Positions 63,131-64,000 of a DNA stretch of 64,000 nt are shown here, one piece after another; the first letter of the stretch is position 1; each line of letters begins with the position of its first letter. Origin of the DNA: Chrysomallon squamiferum (Eukaryota > Animalia > Mollusca); contig CM022665.1 of assembly GCA_012295275.1 (NCBI GenBank), forward strand, positions 1 through 64,000, read 5' to 3'. Below the pieces are notes generated by a model that made no database searches, had not been told where the DNA came from, and saw only the letters and a program-made list of their open reading frames with translations. A program made the position numbers and the translations under genes.

Positions 63131-64000
63131 ATTCAAAAGTGAAGAATTCGAACATTCTTAACAGTTTTGAGAATAATCCAAATAACGTGAGTAATGGTGG
63201 AAAGTCAGAAAAAAGAGAAGGAACTGATTCGAAAGAAGTGGGTTCAGAAGCTGATACTATTGAAGAAGATGGATCAGATACTACAACAACTGATAGAAAT
63301 GAATCAACAGATTCAACTGTTGATAGACATGAATCAGAAGTTGCATATCCTGGTATAAATAAATCAGAATCTACAAGTATTCAAGAAAATCAATCAAAAG
63401 CTGCAGAAATTCATGGAAATGAATCAGAAGCTGCAACTAATGATGGAAGTAAATCAGAAGGTGCAGTTCGTGGAACTGAATCAGAAGGTGCAACTGTTGA
63501 TGGAAGTGATTCAGGAGCTGCAGCTGTTGATGGAAATGAATCAGAAGCTGCAAGCATGGATGGAAATGAATTACAAGCTGTAAGAATTGATAGAAATGAA
63601 CCAGAAGCTTCAGTAATTGATGGAATTGACTCAAAATGTGCAGCTATTCATAGAAATAAATCGGAAGTTGAAAGAACTGACGGATATAAATCGGACGATG
63701 AAACTGCTGCTGCAAATGAATCACAATCTGCAGTAGTTGATAGAAATGTATCAGAAGGTGCAGCCATTTATAGAAATGAATCATATGCTGCAGGAGTTGA
63801 CATAAATGAACCAGAAGCTGCAATAATTATTGCAGAAGGTGCAGTTGATGGACATGAATCAGAAATTGCAAGAATTCATAGCAGTGAATCAGAACATACA
63901 ACTGTTGAGGTGAATGAATCAGAAGGTACAAATATTGATACTAATCAATCGGAACAGCTGAGTAGTGACCTAACAAGATCAAATGTTGTTGAAACTAACA
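63131..64000 (+). CDS. Open exon of a probable further IAP paralogue: acidic N-terminal region with ~24 degenerate 10-aa repeats (continues past the window)
   Basis: Acceptor TGTTCCAG| phase 1; no stop in ~289 codons (SKVKNSNIL..TTTDRNESTDSTVDRHESEVA..AAVDGNESEAASMDGNELQA..NQSEQLSSDLTRSNVVETN). The last 60 nt closely match ~40045-40100 (NESELLSSDITGSPVYETR), which lies ~55 codons before the BIR in the 38.5-kb paralogue. The ORF track misses it because no stop falls inside the window. Confidence 0.8.

Noticed and set aside
63131-64000. Secreted mucin-like glycoprotein suggested by many N-E-S sequons
   Set aside because: No signal peptide is visible, and the 3' end is homologous to the pre-BIR segment of the IAP at ~40045-40100, implying a cytosolic protein. 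Not fully excluded until the downstream sequence is seen.

Overview
Eukaryotic (animal, probably invertebrate) genomic DNA with no prokaryotic features. Positions 1-21770 are a head-to-tail satellite array of roughly 55-60 monomers of about 365-380 bp. It is CpG-rich, rich in dyad symmetry, appears to be an old dimer of ~180-bp halves, and is full of homopolymer noise; all ORFs called there are spurious. A 200-N scaffold gap follows (21771-21970). The rest is AT-rich and microsatellite-rich and looks like a zone of segmental duplications. It holds at least four pieces of an inhibitor-of-apoptosis (IAP/BIRC, BIR+RING) gene family: a pre-RING exon fragment (25.8-26.1 kb, -), an orphan RING exon (33.9-34.0 kb, -), a BIR+RING pseudogene with a 24-bp coding minisatellite (38.5-42.0 kb, +), and an open acidic-repeat exon of a further paralogue running off the window end (63.1-64.0 kb, +). 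Interleaved are about 11 copies of a ~1.4-kb non-coding module; six copies retain its head, each with an IRF/ISRE-type site. There is also a scrambled 10-exon slit pseudogene (43.8-51.3 kb), decayed collagen exons, and LINE, hAT and MULE remnants. The most interesting leads are the ISRE-bearing module co-duplicated with the IAPs and the independent expansion of different acidic repeats upstream of the BIR in two paralogues. All translations and alignments were done by eye; no database searches were run.
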